A stretch of DNA of 64,000 nt, from assembly GCF_963921235.1 (NCBI RefSeq), contig NC_086119.1, forward strand, positions 26,598,001-26,662,000, written 5' to 3'. The position numbers and the translations under genes were made by a program. The notes under the pieces are model-generated. The model was not told the origin of the DNA. It searched no databases and worked only from the letters and a program-made list of their open reading frames with translations. Of this stretch, positions 50,224 to 62,105 are shown in pieces. This stretch comes from Mobula hypostoma (taxonomy: Eukaryota). How positions within the stretch are numbered: position 1 is the first letter of the stretch; each line of letters opens with the position of its first letter.

Positions 50224-51109
50224 TATATTGTAGCTAGTTTCAAATTAAGCAGAGTGACACAAATCCACTCTTGTCTAATAGGGGTTATGCCGTGGGTTTA
50301 GTCTGTCAGCTTGTTTGATGGACATTTAATGGGACTGTAGAAATAACCTCTAATTAAATGGAAATGAAAATTCCCCAGAGGAAATATACAAAGCATAAAA
50401 TCTAAGTTATGTCATTTTGTTACATTTAGAGTCAGCTCCTGTCTTGTGAAACCCTGTATGCACTGATAAACTAGGACATGATTTACCAACGGGAAATCTG
50501 TTTACTGCATGAGGTCCTGGCTGGTACGTGATGAGATCTGAACAACAAGGTGCTGATATTGTCTCTTGTAATCAAAGCAGAAGAGCAGGACTTTGATTGC
50601 CAATCAGCTACTAGATGATGTGCCCGCATGAGTGGACAATGAGGATAAGGTGCCGAAGGTTTCGATAATCATGGCTGTAGCGACTGTCAGCTCAGTGGTA
50701 GATCTGTAGATTCCGCGAGTGGAATAGTTTGTGATTGAAAGTAATTTATTTGATTTAAGATGGTAAGAGGACTCATTTCATGTTATGCCTTCTACAAATG
50801 CTATCTCAATAAATCTATTTTGTTAAAGATCCCAGTAAATCGTAAACCAAAACTCTGAAATGGGCCCTCAAACTAGAAAGACACTGATTTCTTTATTCGT
50901 CAGCATTTTGTGAGTGTTACTTGGATTTCCAGCATCTTCAGATTTTCTCTTGTTTGGTTTCTTTATTCTCTTTAGTTCATGCTCACAAACTACTACATCC
51001 TGCCTCAGGTCCACTTTCTGATATGACCCTCTTTTTAGTTTAGATCCCTGTGTTCAAATGGTCTTGCACTCTTGCTTAATACTACTGGAGTCCTGTGCCT
51101 TAGGCAAGG

Positions 51110-51497
51110 TTTAATCAATGCGGTTTGTGGTTTGGACTTTTAGTTCACGTTATGATGTGCATTTCGTTCTGGTTGCTCCTTTTTTTTTGTTGCTATTTTG
51201 GACGATTTTGTTTGGGGTGTCCTGCAGATAATGAACAGCACAGCGCTAGATTGAACAGAACTGAGCTGAACTGAATATGCCTGGACTCTTTCGTTGACTT
51301 TGTATATTACACGTTTCTTTTTTTGGTCTTTTTTGCTGTTTGCATGATTTTTTTTGCTGTGGGGGAGGGGGGAATGGTTTGAAGTTTTTCTTCGAACAGT
51401 TTTCTTTGTTTCATGGCTGTCTGTGGGAAGACGAAACTCAGGGTTGTATACTGCATACATACTTTGATAATAAATGTATCTTGTGTCTTTGACTTTA
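51110..51497 (+). mobile_element. Rex1-tail retroposon 3' fragment (related end also at ~44790-45003)
   Basis: Shared end ctcagggttgtatactgcatacatactttgataataaatgta. Confidence 0.65.
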
Positions 51498-52888
51498 ATA
51501 TTTCCTCTAGTTCACACCACACTATAGCCCACCCCACCGACCTCAAACAGGATCTGGCCCTCGAGACTAGGAGCAACCAAAAAATAACAAATTTGAGGAG
51601 AATCATAAAGAAAATAAGTATTTGACCGATATTAGTTTGTCTCCCAGAAAGAGTTCCTTCCATTATTTGTCACTATTATAGGATTCATGCTGATTATCTA
51701 GTTCCTGTAGTCTGAACATTTTCTGAGAAATCATCATCCTGCTTTAATAAATATCAAAGTACTGGAAATAAACAACATCTCCAGAGTTCAGGTGAAGAGA
51801 AAGTCAGAGCTAGCATTTTAGACTTTTTTTCCAACAGAAGCCATCAAATTCACAAACAATACTGCTCAGGTTTGACATAAGCTAAAGTTATAACTGTCAG
51901 AATCTATCACTATGTTCCAGATACAAGGCCTCGGCACTAAGCTCTCTTCACCTTGTTACCTAACTTGTGGGTACAGAGTGAAGAGGCTGGCTGACTTGCT
52001 GAATATCTTTAGTCTTTTCTACTTTATTTCAGATTTCTAATATCTGCAGCAATTTGCTTTTAGACCATTATATTTTAAATGCTTTGTTATGACAATATTG
52101 ACTTGTTCAAGTGGCAAACAGGTGCCTGGGTGCAAAATCATGAAGCATCAGTGTGTTAACAAATGTTTCCTGAGGTAATTGGACTTAACACCCTAATCAA
52201 TGCTACTTATTATGTCTGTGAGAAGCAATTCACCAAGGGAAACCTTAGACAACTTCCACAGTACAAAAAGCTGCAAATATTAATTAATGTAAAGATTACC
52301 TGTCAGCCATGGTCATTTACAGAGGTTACAGAAGTAACCCACTAATGGATTCAAATGCAGTTATTTCAGATCTTTAATGTAAAATTGATCGAGACCCTGT
52401 GTAACAAAATGAATATATTTTGTCTGTGGTTTAATGGGGTAGGTCTGTAATTGTTTGAATTTGCAAGTTTATTAGAAGAGTTTTATTTATATCAGCAGTT
52501 CAGAGGTTTGTTTGAAACCTTTGAACAGACAGTGTTTTCCATCAACATTCTTCATATTCTGAAATAAGCAATTTGAAATATAGTTAATGCAGGCCAGCTT
52601 GAAAAGACAACGTTAGTGAAGTAAGATAGAATGGTTAACACAATGGACGGGAATTAAAGCAGGCTGACATGTTGGCAGTCAGAGTTTAGCACTGTAGACA
52701 CTCCCATAGTTAGTGCAAGTCTCAAGAGGGCCTCATTACAGGCAGTCAGGCTTGGGCAATAAACACAGGCAGTGTCAGCCACACCCACATCTTGTGAATG
52801 CATTACTACTTTCACAATAGATACTGCAATCATTGATTTCAACAGCCTGTTAACATCTTCAATTATACATCCCACAACAAGGATTTGA

Positions 52889-53687
52889 GGCTACGTCCAC
52901 ACTACGCCAGATAATTTTGAAAACGAAGCTTTTTCTCTTCATTTTGACCTTCCATCCATGCTGAAATGGCGTTTTCAGCCACCGAAAACGGAGATTTTCA
53001 GTAACTAGAACGTACAATCATCACAGCGATATTTGATTCTGCACTTCGCAGGACCTAACAATTTCAGAACAGACGGCAATGAGACTGAAGCCAGAAGATT
53101 TAGAAATGTACTCACCAAATACTTTGACCTATAGCTTACTGAATAAATAACTATACTCACTTTGCCCTGTTTTCTGTCCTTGCTTGTATGAAGGTGCTTT
53201 ACCTATTTATGCAAGTACTTCTCTGACAATAGATGTGTAACAACCTAATGTAACATTGTATGGAAATACAAGATAACACTGATGCAGACATGTTTTATAC
53301 ATTTAACAAGGTGCTTTATTAATGCAACAGAGTTAGTCAGTTTTTCAATGTTCGTCGTCAGCCGGGTCATACTGTCCGTGAACTTCCTGTCGGTTGCCTC
53401 CATACGCTCCAGTATTTTTTTTAATTTTTAAGTCCTCCTGCATGAGAGCCAAGAGTAATTCCTTTTAAGTTTTTCTACTCTGTAACTGGACAAACGCGCA
53501 CCATGTATACCATTTCCTCTTCGCCTGTTTTCTGTGTGTCCTGCGCATGCCCAGTAGGAGGAGATTCGCCCAAATATCCGTCTAATGTGGACAGAGATAT
53601 TTTGAAAAACGCTTATTGTGGACGCCTATCGTTCTAACTCGAAACCGGCGTTTTTTCAAAATTATCCGGCGTAGTGTGGACGTAGCC
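52889..53687 (-). mobile_element. PIF/Harbinger non-autonomous element
   Basis: TIR GGCTACGTCCACACTACGCC(A/G)GATAATTTTGAAAA at both ends; 3-bp TSD TGA (52886-52888, 53688-53690); internal antisense coiled-coil-like peptide remnant. Confidence 0.93.
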
Positions 53688-53779
53688 TGAGTCTCATTGC
53701 CACTTTTGCAAGTCACCAAAACAATTATGCCACGGTGGCTTCTAATAATATGTTCATGAAAGATTAATAAATGTTTCTT

Positions 53780-54609
53780 CCTTTTCAATACTGTATTTTT
53801 ATTAAAATTATATAAATTGCATAAATACAAATACAAAATTCATAAGGATGCAAGTAGGTAATATGAATTACATAACATTTAAATCACAGTAATATGATCA
53901 CAGTATCCCCTATTCCAAATCAATCATGTAGAAAAGAAAGATTGAATTACAAAATGAAATAAAATAAAATTATTTTATTTTATTTTAAAAAAATCTACCC
54001 CCACTACCAAAATGAGCTGGTTGGTAAAAAAAAGATATACCTTATAATATTATAATAATAATGGCTCAGATCCATACTCTAATAACAGTTCAACAATTAT
54101 GAAAATAACTCAGAAAGGGTCCCCATAACATTAGAAAATCATGTTTAGAATCAGAAATCGAACAATGAATCTTCTCTAGATCAAGGCATAACATAACATC
54201 AGATAGCCATTGAACATGCTGAGCATGAGTGGGCGGTGTGGCCTCCTTCCACTTGAGCAAAATTCAAAGTGGTACATAGAGTTCATATGTCTAAAGACAA
54301 GTTCTCTTGTTTCTATGCAGATATTTCCCCTTACTGTGATAGATGTGCTAATGGAGTGGCCACACTAATTCATATGTTTTGGACTTGTCTGAACCTTGAA
54401 AAATTTTGGAAAGATGTATTTGAAACTTTTTCTGTACTTTTCAATGTTAGTTTTAAGCCCAATCCCTTTGACTGCCATGTTTGGTATTGTTGAGGATAGT
54501 ACAACAAAACTGAAGCCATCTAATTTGCAGGTATTGGCCTTTATGTCTCTTATGGCCAGGAGGGCAACCTTGATCAAGTGGAAGGAGGCCACCCCGCCCA
54601 CTCATGCTC
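53780..54609 (-). mobile_element. L1 3' end with 5' inversion and 14-bp TSD
   Basis: Plus strand ~54262-54609 encodes FKVVHRVH...CDRC...LIHMFWTC...KWKEATPPTHAQ; minus strand ~54260-53780 continues KWKEATPPTHAQ..WLSDVM..LDLEKI...WGPF plus 3'UTR; TSD AATAAATGTTTCTT at 53766-53779 and 54610-54623. Confidence 0.93.
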
Positions 54610-55099
54610 AATAAATGTTTCTTATCTAAATCGTATGCAAGAATGTTAGATAATTCTATTTTACAGAAAATGCATGGTCATTATCCAAAGTATAACTGAT
54701 AACTATCTCTGAAATGCTGTTGTATAATTGTACTATTTTCTTGAATATGCTTCCATGGTTTTGAGTAATTTTAATCTTATATTTGGACTGGGTTCACCTA
54801 AAGCCAATTGTGGTAATTAAGACTGGATATTACATGAACACCTTGTTAGAGATGTTCACCTCCCTCCCATTAAAAAAGATATAAGTTTTAGTCACTCTGT
54901 GGAGCATTTCTGGAGATTGCATTATCTGACTGTTATGAAGTTAACCAGCTTCTTTGCAAAAGTGGACTTAGATAAATTTGTGAACAAAACTAAATGAATA
55001 GGTATATTTCATGACTAGATTCTGAGAGTCACTCCATTAGATTAACAATCCTTTGTAATTCTTGTTCTGAGGGAAATGTTAGTGAGAGTTGTAAATAAT

Positions 55100-55490
55100 A
55101 ACATAGAAAATTTTGCAGATGCTGGAAATCCAAGCAACACACACAAAATGCTGGTCTGGAAGACATGTAATACAAGCTGTACTACTGAAGGATCTTGGCC
55201 CAAAACATTGACTGTACTCTTTTCCGTAGATACTGCCTGGCCTACTGAGTTCCTGCAGCAATTAGTGTATGTTGCAACGTACACAAAATGCTGGAGGAAC
55301 TCAGAAATTCAGGCAGCATCCATGGAAATGAACAAATGGGACTGGAAAGGAAGGGGTAAGACACCAAAGTAAACTGTGAAGTGGGGGAAGATGAATAGCT
55401 AGAAGGTGATAGATGAAGCCAGGTTGGTGGGAAAGGTAAAGGCTGGAGATGAAGGAATCTGATAAAGCAGAATGGCACAGCTTTCCAGAA
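55100..55490. mobile_element. Penelope palindromic mini-element plus adjacent antisense Penelope end
   Basis: gcaacacacacaaaatgctgg ... gaaggatcttggcccaaaacattgactg ... gtgtatgttgc, then acacaaaatgctggaggaactcag and a purine-rich UTR. Confidence 0.8.
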
Positions 55491-55877
55491 ATTCATTTGA
55501 CACTGTGATATTTAAGATATTGTGGATGTGCATGGGATGCAACAACAAATAAGAAAAAATGGATAAAATTATATGAAAACACATGAACTACATTGCAACC
55601 AAACAGAAATTTTGCCTCAGTGCTCTAGTCAAGGTCTATTTCATTCCATTTAGCCTAACAGAGTTGCATAACTCTCTATTCTCCTCTAACTCGAACACGT
55701 ATCCAACCTCCCCTTACTAAGATGTATGGAATAGGATAGGTAGCTTGATAATGGGAGAGGGTTAATGTACCATGACTATTAAGAATCAATGTTTGTATTA
55801 TGATGCCAATGGACCTCTTTATAAGATAATTCTCTGTGTATTAAAATTTTCAAAAGTTACATTCTACATCCCCAACC

Positions 55878-56112
55878 ATAATGTAGTGGTTAGTGTAGTG
55901 CTATTTCAGCACCAACAACCAAGTTCAGTTCCTGTTGTAAGGAGTTTGTAAGTTCCCCCTCTGACCATGTGCATCTCCTCTGGGTGCAACAGTTTTCTCC
56001 CAAATCCCAAACATATACAAGTTAGTAGGTTAATTAGCCGCATGGGTGTAATTGGGTGGTGTGCGTTTGTTGGGTTGAAAGGACATGTTACCAGGCAGTT
56101 TATCCCAAAGTA
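55878..56112 (+). mobile_element. HE1/V-SINE-like SINE
   Basis: gtagtggttag A-box, aagttcagttcc B-box-like, tcctctgggtgcaacagttttctccca V-domain. Confidence 0.75.
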
Positions 56113-56377
56113 CATAAAAAGGCACAATCTTCCCTAACAGACAGTTTGCCAAAACAACTTTCAAACACTTCACAGGCCAGACTTAAAGCCAACGTTTGGT
56201 TTGTCAATTTGTGAAGAGCTGGAGCAAGAACCAATTAGATGAGATAATATTCCTTTGGACTATGAGTTGGAAATCTTTCCTGTTCCAATATGAGGGTATA
56301 CAGAACACACACTAATTTCACACAAAGTAGTGCTGGAATGACTTTGGTTGTGTACAACATGAGATACATCTTGACCA

Positions 56378-57745
56378 TTGGAATCAATCTGTGTCATCAA
56401 GTTTGCTGATAACACAACCGTGGTTGGCCTTATCAACAATGATGATGAGTCACAGTAGAGAGAGGAAGTGGAGTGGCTGGTGGAGTGGTCTGAGAAGAAC
56501 AACCCAAACCTGAACATGGAGAAGCCAAAGGAAATCATTGTGGACTTCAGGAAGGTGCAGATGAACCATCCCTTTCTGCAAATACATGGCTCCTCAGTAG
56601 AGAGAGTTAAGTGCACCACTTTCCTGGGAATTCATATCATGGATGCCCTCACCTAGTCCCTTAATATCACTTCCTTGAACAAGAAGGCATAGCAGCACCT
56701 CTACTAGACTGAGGCAAGTGAGGCTTCCACCCCCACCCCCATTCTTAACTGAATTTTATAGGACACCATTGAGAGCATCCAGACAAGTTGCATCTCCATC
56801 TGGTACGGGAGCAGCCAAGCATCGGACTGGAAGTCCCTATAAAGGACTGTGAGAATAGCTGAGAGGATCACAGGGGTCTCCTTACAATCCATCAAGGACA
56901 TTTATCAGGAGCGCTGCATACACGGAGCCCTTAGTATATTAAGAATCCCATCCATCCATCCAGCATCCTCTTCGACTTTCTACCATCAGGTATAAGGTAT
57001 TAAAACAAGAATGGTCAAAATGGGGAACAGTTTCTTCCCTCAGGCCATTAGGCTTTCAAACTCCCTGTTGCATTACATGCAAGTGTCACCAGTTAATCTG
57101 TTCTGTACCCTACAATATTTAATTTTTTGTAATTTATTGTAATTATAATTTATATAGAACGTGCCTTATGAAAATAGGTTAAGTGAACTTGGCCTTTTCT
57201 TCTTGGAGCTACAGAGAAGGAGATGTATGACCTGACAGAGGTGTATAAGATGATGAGAGGCATTGATCATGTGGATAGTCAGAGGCTTTTTCCCAGGGCT
57301 GAAATGGCTAACACGAGGGGACATAGTTTTAAGATGCTTGGAAGTAGGTACAGAGGGGATGTCAGGGGCAAGTTTTTCACACAGACTGGTGGGTGCATGA
57401 AATGCCCTGCTAGTGAAGGTGATAGAGGCAGATACAATAGGGTCTTTTAAGAAACTCTTAGATAGGTACATGGAGCTTAGAAAAATAGAGGGCAATGCAG
57501 TAGGAAAATTCTAGGCAGTTTCTAGAGCAGGTTACATGATCAACACAACATTGTGGGCCGAGAGGCTGTAATGTGCTGCAGATTTCTATGTTCTATTATG
57601 CACTTTACTTTGCTTATTTATTTGTAATCCACCTGTTAAGTGTGGTATGTATACTATGGTGCTTTACACCCTGGTTCAGAGAAACATTGTCTCATTTGAT
57701 GGTAAACGTCTACTTACTGTAGTTAAATGACAATAAACTTGACTG
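56378..57745 (+). mobile_element. Rex1/Babar-type LINE RT 3' part, interrupted by CR1 (~57165-57597)
   Basis: IKFADNTTVVGLI, KPKEIIVDFRK and FLGIHI motifs; tail aaatgacaataaacttgact. Confidence 0.85.
57165..57597 (+). mobile_element. CR1 3' fragment nested in Rex1
   Basis: DLTEVYKMMRGIDHVDSQRLFP...TRGHSFK; tail ttctatgttcta. Confidence 0.85.
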
Positions 57746-58529
57746 TTCACACGCAGAAACTGTGAGCACAAGAAATACAAACTTTACTTTTAAGTCTCCT
57801 GTCACAGTAGAACTTCTTAAATTCATTTACATATAGAGCTTGAGACAGTTTGCAAAGTGTGGTTTGTGTAAATGGAGATGCCAATCACTTTTAGTCACTC
57901 AATTTTAGAGTCATAATCTATCCTTTAGTGCAAAATGGTATTGCCATACATACTAGAATTTCTAGTCTTTAAAGATCTACCATAATTCAAAAATATTTAT
58001 TCAAAATGTCTATATGCAGTAACTTTACTAATTTATTTCTCAATGGTTTTGCTTAACTGATAATTTCCCCAAGATAATTATAGTTTAAGAATACTTCACA
58101 GACTAAAGTGTGATGGAGCAAGGAAAACAGGAATAAAATGCAACTTCAGCCTTGAGTCTATTATTGTAGATCATGTAATTGGATGGATTCAGCTCCGTCT
58201 GTCACTGTTTATATGTCAAGGAAACTGATGTCACCATATACTTAGAATAATGCACATAGTAGCATGCAGGAATTGAAAGTGACTCAGGGAAATGAAAAGA
58301 ACAGGGAGTTTAGGTTAAAGGTTGTGCTGGGACTGGGGAAAATGGTGCTGGATTCTGAGCAGAGCAGAGGGAAGACCCAAGCATTCATTCTTGAATGAGA
58401 TAGAAATTGACTATGATGTCTACTTTGCTCACTGCACTGCATCCAGCAGAATTTCTCTGGTTGATGGTCCCACTCTCGGACCTGCTCTGAGTTTCAACAT
58501 AAAAAAAAAAGCAATGATAATCAAAATAG

Positions 58530-58655
58530 ATTCTGCAGATGCTAGAAATCCAGCTTAACACACACAAACTGCTGGAAGGACTCAGCAGGTCAGGAAGCAT
58601 CTATGGAAAGTAATAAAGAGTCAACATTTTGGGCCAAGTCCCTTCATCAGGGTAG
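58530..58655 (-). mobile_element. Penelope 3' terminus with decayed hammerhead motif
   Basis: Minus strand cCTGATGAagggacttggcccAAAAtgttgactc; GAAA is mutated. Confidence 0.75.
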
Positions 58656-58740
58656 TCCTTATTACTCTGTGATAATATTACCCTCTAACTTGAACACTTT
58701 TAGGCCTCTACCTACCTATACCCAACTATACCCAACATAC

Positions 58741-59365
58741 TATGAGGGGTGATTGATAAGTTCATGCCCTAAGGTAGAAGAAGTCAATTTTAGAAAACCT
58801 ATCACATTTATTTTTCCTACATTTACACGCTTAGTCCAGCGGTTATGGAGCACACGGATCCCTTCTTTGTAGAAGTCGACGTCTTGGACCTCCAGTAGTG
58901 GTCCACAGCAGAGGTGATTGATAAGTTTGTGGCCTAAGGTAGAAGGAGATGAGTTATTAACTTCAAACTTACTGCATTTTCACTCAGAGTTGAAATGTAC
59001 GTGCATGTAACAAGAGCTGTATCACTCATCTCCTTCTACCTTAGGCCACAAACTTATCAATCACCCCCGCTGTGGACCACCTGGAGGTCCAAGACGCTCT
59101 CATTACATGCACGTGCAGTTCAACTCTTTGAGTGAAAATGCAGAAAGTTTGAAGTTAATAACTCATCTCCTTCTACCTTAGTCCACAGACTTATCAATCA
59201 CCCCTGCTGTGGATCACTTCTACAAAGAAGGGATCCGTATGCTCCACAACCGCTGGACTAAGTGTGTACATGCAGGAGGGGAGTATGTTGAAAGATAAAT
59301 GTGCTAGGTTTTCTAAAATTGACTCCTTCTACCTTAGGGCATGAACTTATCAATCACCCCTCATA
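58741..59365. mobile_element. Fold-back mariner-derived MITE
   Basis: Terminal TATGAGGGGTGATTGATAAGTTCATGCCCTAAGGTAGAAG inverted repeat; mariner transposase C-terminus FYKEGIRMLHNRWTKCVHAGGEYVER* at 59218-59298, mirrored at the left end; three more internal TIR copies. Confidence 0.93.
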
Positions 59366-59394
59366 TATTGGTAAAGGTAAGATAGTTAGACAGG

Positions 59395-59685
59395 GTTATA
59401 GTGTCATACAGCATAGAAACTGGCCCTTCAGCCCATTGAATCCATGCCAGTCATCAATAGACCAGTTACACTCATCCATTTTCTCAATCTTCCCAGGAGA
59501 CTGCATTGTTCACTTCCAAACAAAAGGTAATTTATAGTGTTCAATTAATGATCCAATTCACAAGTCTTGGGTTTAGGGGAGGAAAGCCATACAGTCACAG
59601 GGTGGCTTAGCCAACTTCACACAGAAAGCACAGACGTTAGGACTGAAGAGAAGCACCAGCTCCATCAGTCGTGCTACTATGCCAT
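59395..59685 (-). mobile_element. Degenerate HE1-like SINE
   Basis: Antisense V-domain gggaggaaagccatacagtcacaggg...aacttcacacaga; head ends gtgctactatgcc. Confidence 0.55.
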
Positions 59686-59779
59686 CCCTACCTCTCGAGA
59701 CTAAATTTCTGCCACTGGGATTGGAGTGGTCGAGGTTGAATTGGCCAGAAGCCCCACAGGTCACAAAAACGGGAGGACA

Positions 59780-60036
59780 ACATAACGTGAACTGTGTTCA
59801 ACACCAAGATATAAAAGCAAAGAGAGAAGCAATGGCTGCTGCTGTCAACACCGATAAAATTTTCCGACTGCTTCAAAGACACAGTGGCAGATACAAAAGT
59901 CACAAGATAAGGGTTCTTTGGCACCAAGTTACTGTGCTGCATTATTGCTGGAAGGATGAGGTCTTGCCTACCCTCTACCATGATACCATTAGAAGTGGGA
60001 CAAGTTCTCCTTGCGTCAGAGCAAAATCTACCTGTT
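59780..60036 (+). mobile_element. Possible very old Gypsy pol (integrase Zn-binding region) remnant
   Basis: Frameshifted ...LLQRH...YK......HQ.....KDEVLPTLYHD... resembles the HHCC-proximal region; weak. Confidence 0.3.
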
Positions 60037-60659
60037 AAACCATTCGTCTGATTATGTACCTCTGATGTTTGTGTCACCTAATTGTGTACAACCTGTCTAT
60101 CTGATGACCCTACATTGTAACCTTAACTGTAATAAGTTAAGTTTTTTGAGACTTCAGGTGTTATGAGAATTAAAATCATTAATGTCTAGTTAATTTTTTA
60201 AAACTAACTTCCTGCCACCTTACATTTTCTATTTCTTACTATTTCATCATGTTTGCACAAGTTGACATAAGGGGTTCCTTGAGATATCATTCTCTGCTGC
60301 TTTCACATTACTGAGAGATGAGTTAGAAATATAGAATACAGGAGTGGGAGATAAGATAAAGATTAGCTTTATTTGTTATATGTACATTGATACATACAAT
60401 GAAATGTAAAATTGTACACTGTCAGATAATTTAACATTTGTGTTGTTTACTGTGTTTTTTTTAACTGTAAATGAAAGAAAATTAACTGCAAGAAAATTAA
60501 TCTCAGGGTAGTATATGGTGACATATGTACTTGGATAATAAATTTACTTCAAACTTCCCACAATACGTGAACAGTGTGGTTTGAGTTCAAGTTCATATCT
60601 GTAAGAATATGCATCTCAAAATATCTGAGGTCCACTTTGATTGCTGCATTAAAAAAAAG

Positions 60660-60958
60660 AGATTGGCTTTATTTGTCAGATGAACATCCAGACAGTTAGT
60701 GAAATGTGATGGATGCATCAAATCAAATCAGTGAGGATTGTGCTGGGAAGCCTGCAACTGTTGCCACACTTCTGGTGCCAATATAAACATTTGCAACTCA
60801 CTAACCCTAACCATACAGCTTTGGAATGTGGGAGGAAACCCATGGAGTCACAGGGCAAATGTACAAATACCTCACAGGCAGTGGCGGGAATTGAAGAGTA
60901 ATCGATAATTGCTGACACCGTAATGCAGTACATTACCCACAATGCCACGGTGCCTCCC
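60660..60958 (-). mobile_element. HE1/V-SINE-like SINE
   Basis: Antisense B-box ggcgggaattgaa and tgtgggaggaaacccatggagtcacaggg; tail ggctttatttgtca. Confidence 0.8.
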
Positions 60959-61871
60959 AGAGGAGTAGGCCACTCGGCCCCTCAAGACTGCTCTGACATT
61001 TGATAGGGTCATGGCTGATCGTCCACCTCAACAGCATATTCCTGCCCTCTTCCCTAACCCCCAAAGTACTTTGTGCCTAATTTTACATCAGTGGGAAAAT
61101 GCAGATAGAGACATAAATATAAGGAAGCCCTGTGCTATTGGCATTTGCTACAGCGAAGAAGTCTAGAAATGCCATCTCCTTTTAGAGAATTATACAATTA
61201 CCTCACATGCCCTCTCGATGCCTATTGCCTGGATTTGTGGGAAGGATGGGAATAATTGTTAGACCTTTTGATTTACTTTTTCAATAATAAATCTCATGTC
61301 AGTCCGTTTGTTTAAACTTTATGAGGATTTTTTGTCTATTGAACCTCTAAAGCTTCTAAATATTTTATGGTCTGTCTATAAATGATTATTATAAATTTCA
61401 ATCCCATTCATAGTTAGTCAACCGTCTAATTCCTCTATTCATTATTCAGTTCATCTCAGTCCAGGGAATTTATTAACATCGCATTAAATGCCTCCATAAG
61501 CGCGACATCTACCTATCTACCGTTAAGTGGGAAAAGAAATCTTATAATCTCTAGTTTCTCTTGAGCCTTGTTAATTTTACTTTTGTACTGTATTTCTATG
61601 ATCCCAAGTGAATTTAAATAACATCTTTCAGCAAATTAAATAGGTAAACATTCTTCTAATCTCATTTCCTCCCGTTAAAAATAGTTTCATTGGGAGAATT
61701 TTCATAACTTTAAGCATTGGGCCTCCTGAGGGCTCTTTAATCTACTTCTCATAGTCATGGTTAAAGTTGTTGCTAATGCCATCTGATCAACAAGTCACAG
61801 GCTAAAACCTTCTTTTCAGTTTACTTGCTTAAAACTTTGATGATCATGCAGCTGAAACCTCCTGGAGGTTT

Positions 61872-62105
61872 ATTTTTTTTTTATTTAGAGATACAGCACA
61901 GGTCAGGCCCTTCCGGGCCAATGAGCTGCAGAGTTCAGCAACCCATCTATTTAACACTAGCCTAATCACAGGACACTTACCAATAACCAATTAACCTACT
62001 AACCAGTACATTTCTGGAAACTCATATTGTTCACGGAGAGAATGTACAAACTCCTTACTGTCGGCGCTGGAATTGAATTCTGCATTCTGTAACGCCCCAA
62101 GCTGT
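61872..62105 (-). mobile_element. HE1-like SINE with poly(A)-type tail
   Basis: ttttttttatttagagatacagc ... cacggagagaatgtacaaactccttac ... ggaattgaattc. Confidence 0.75.
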
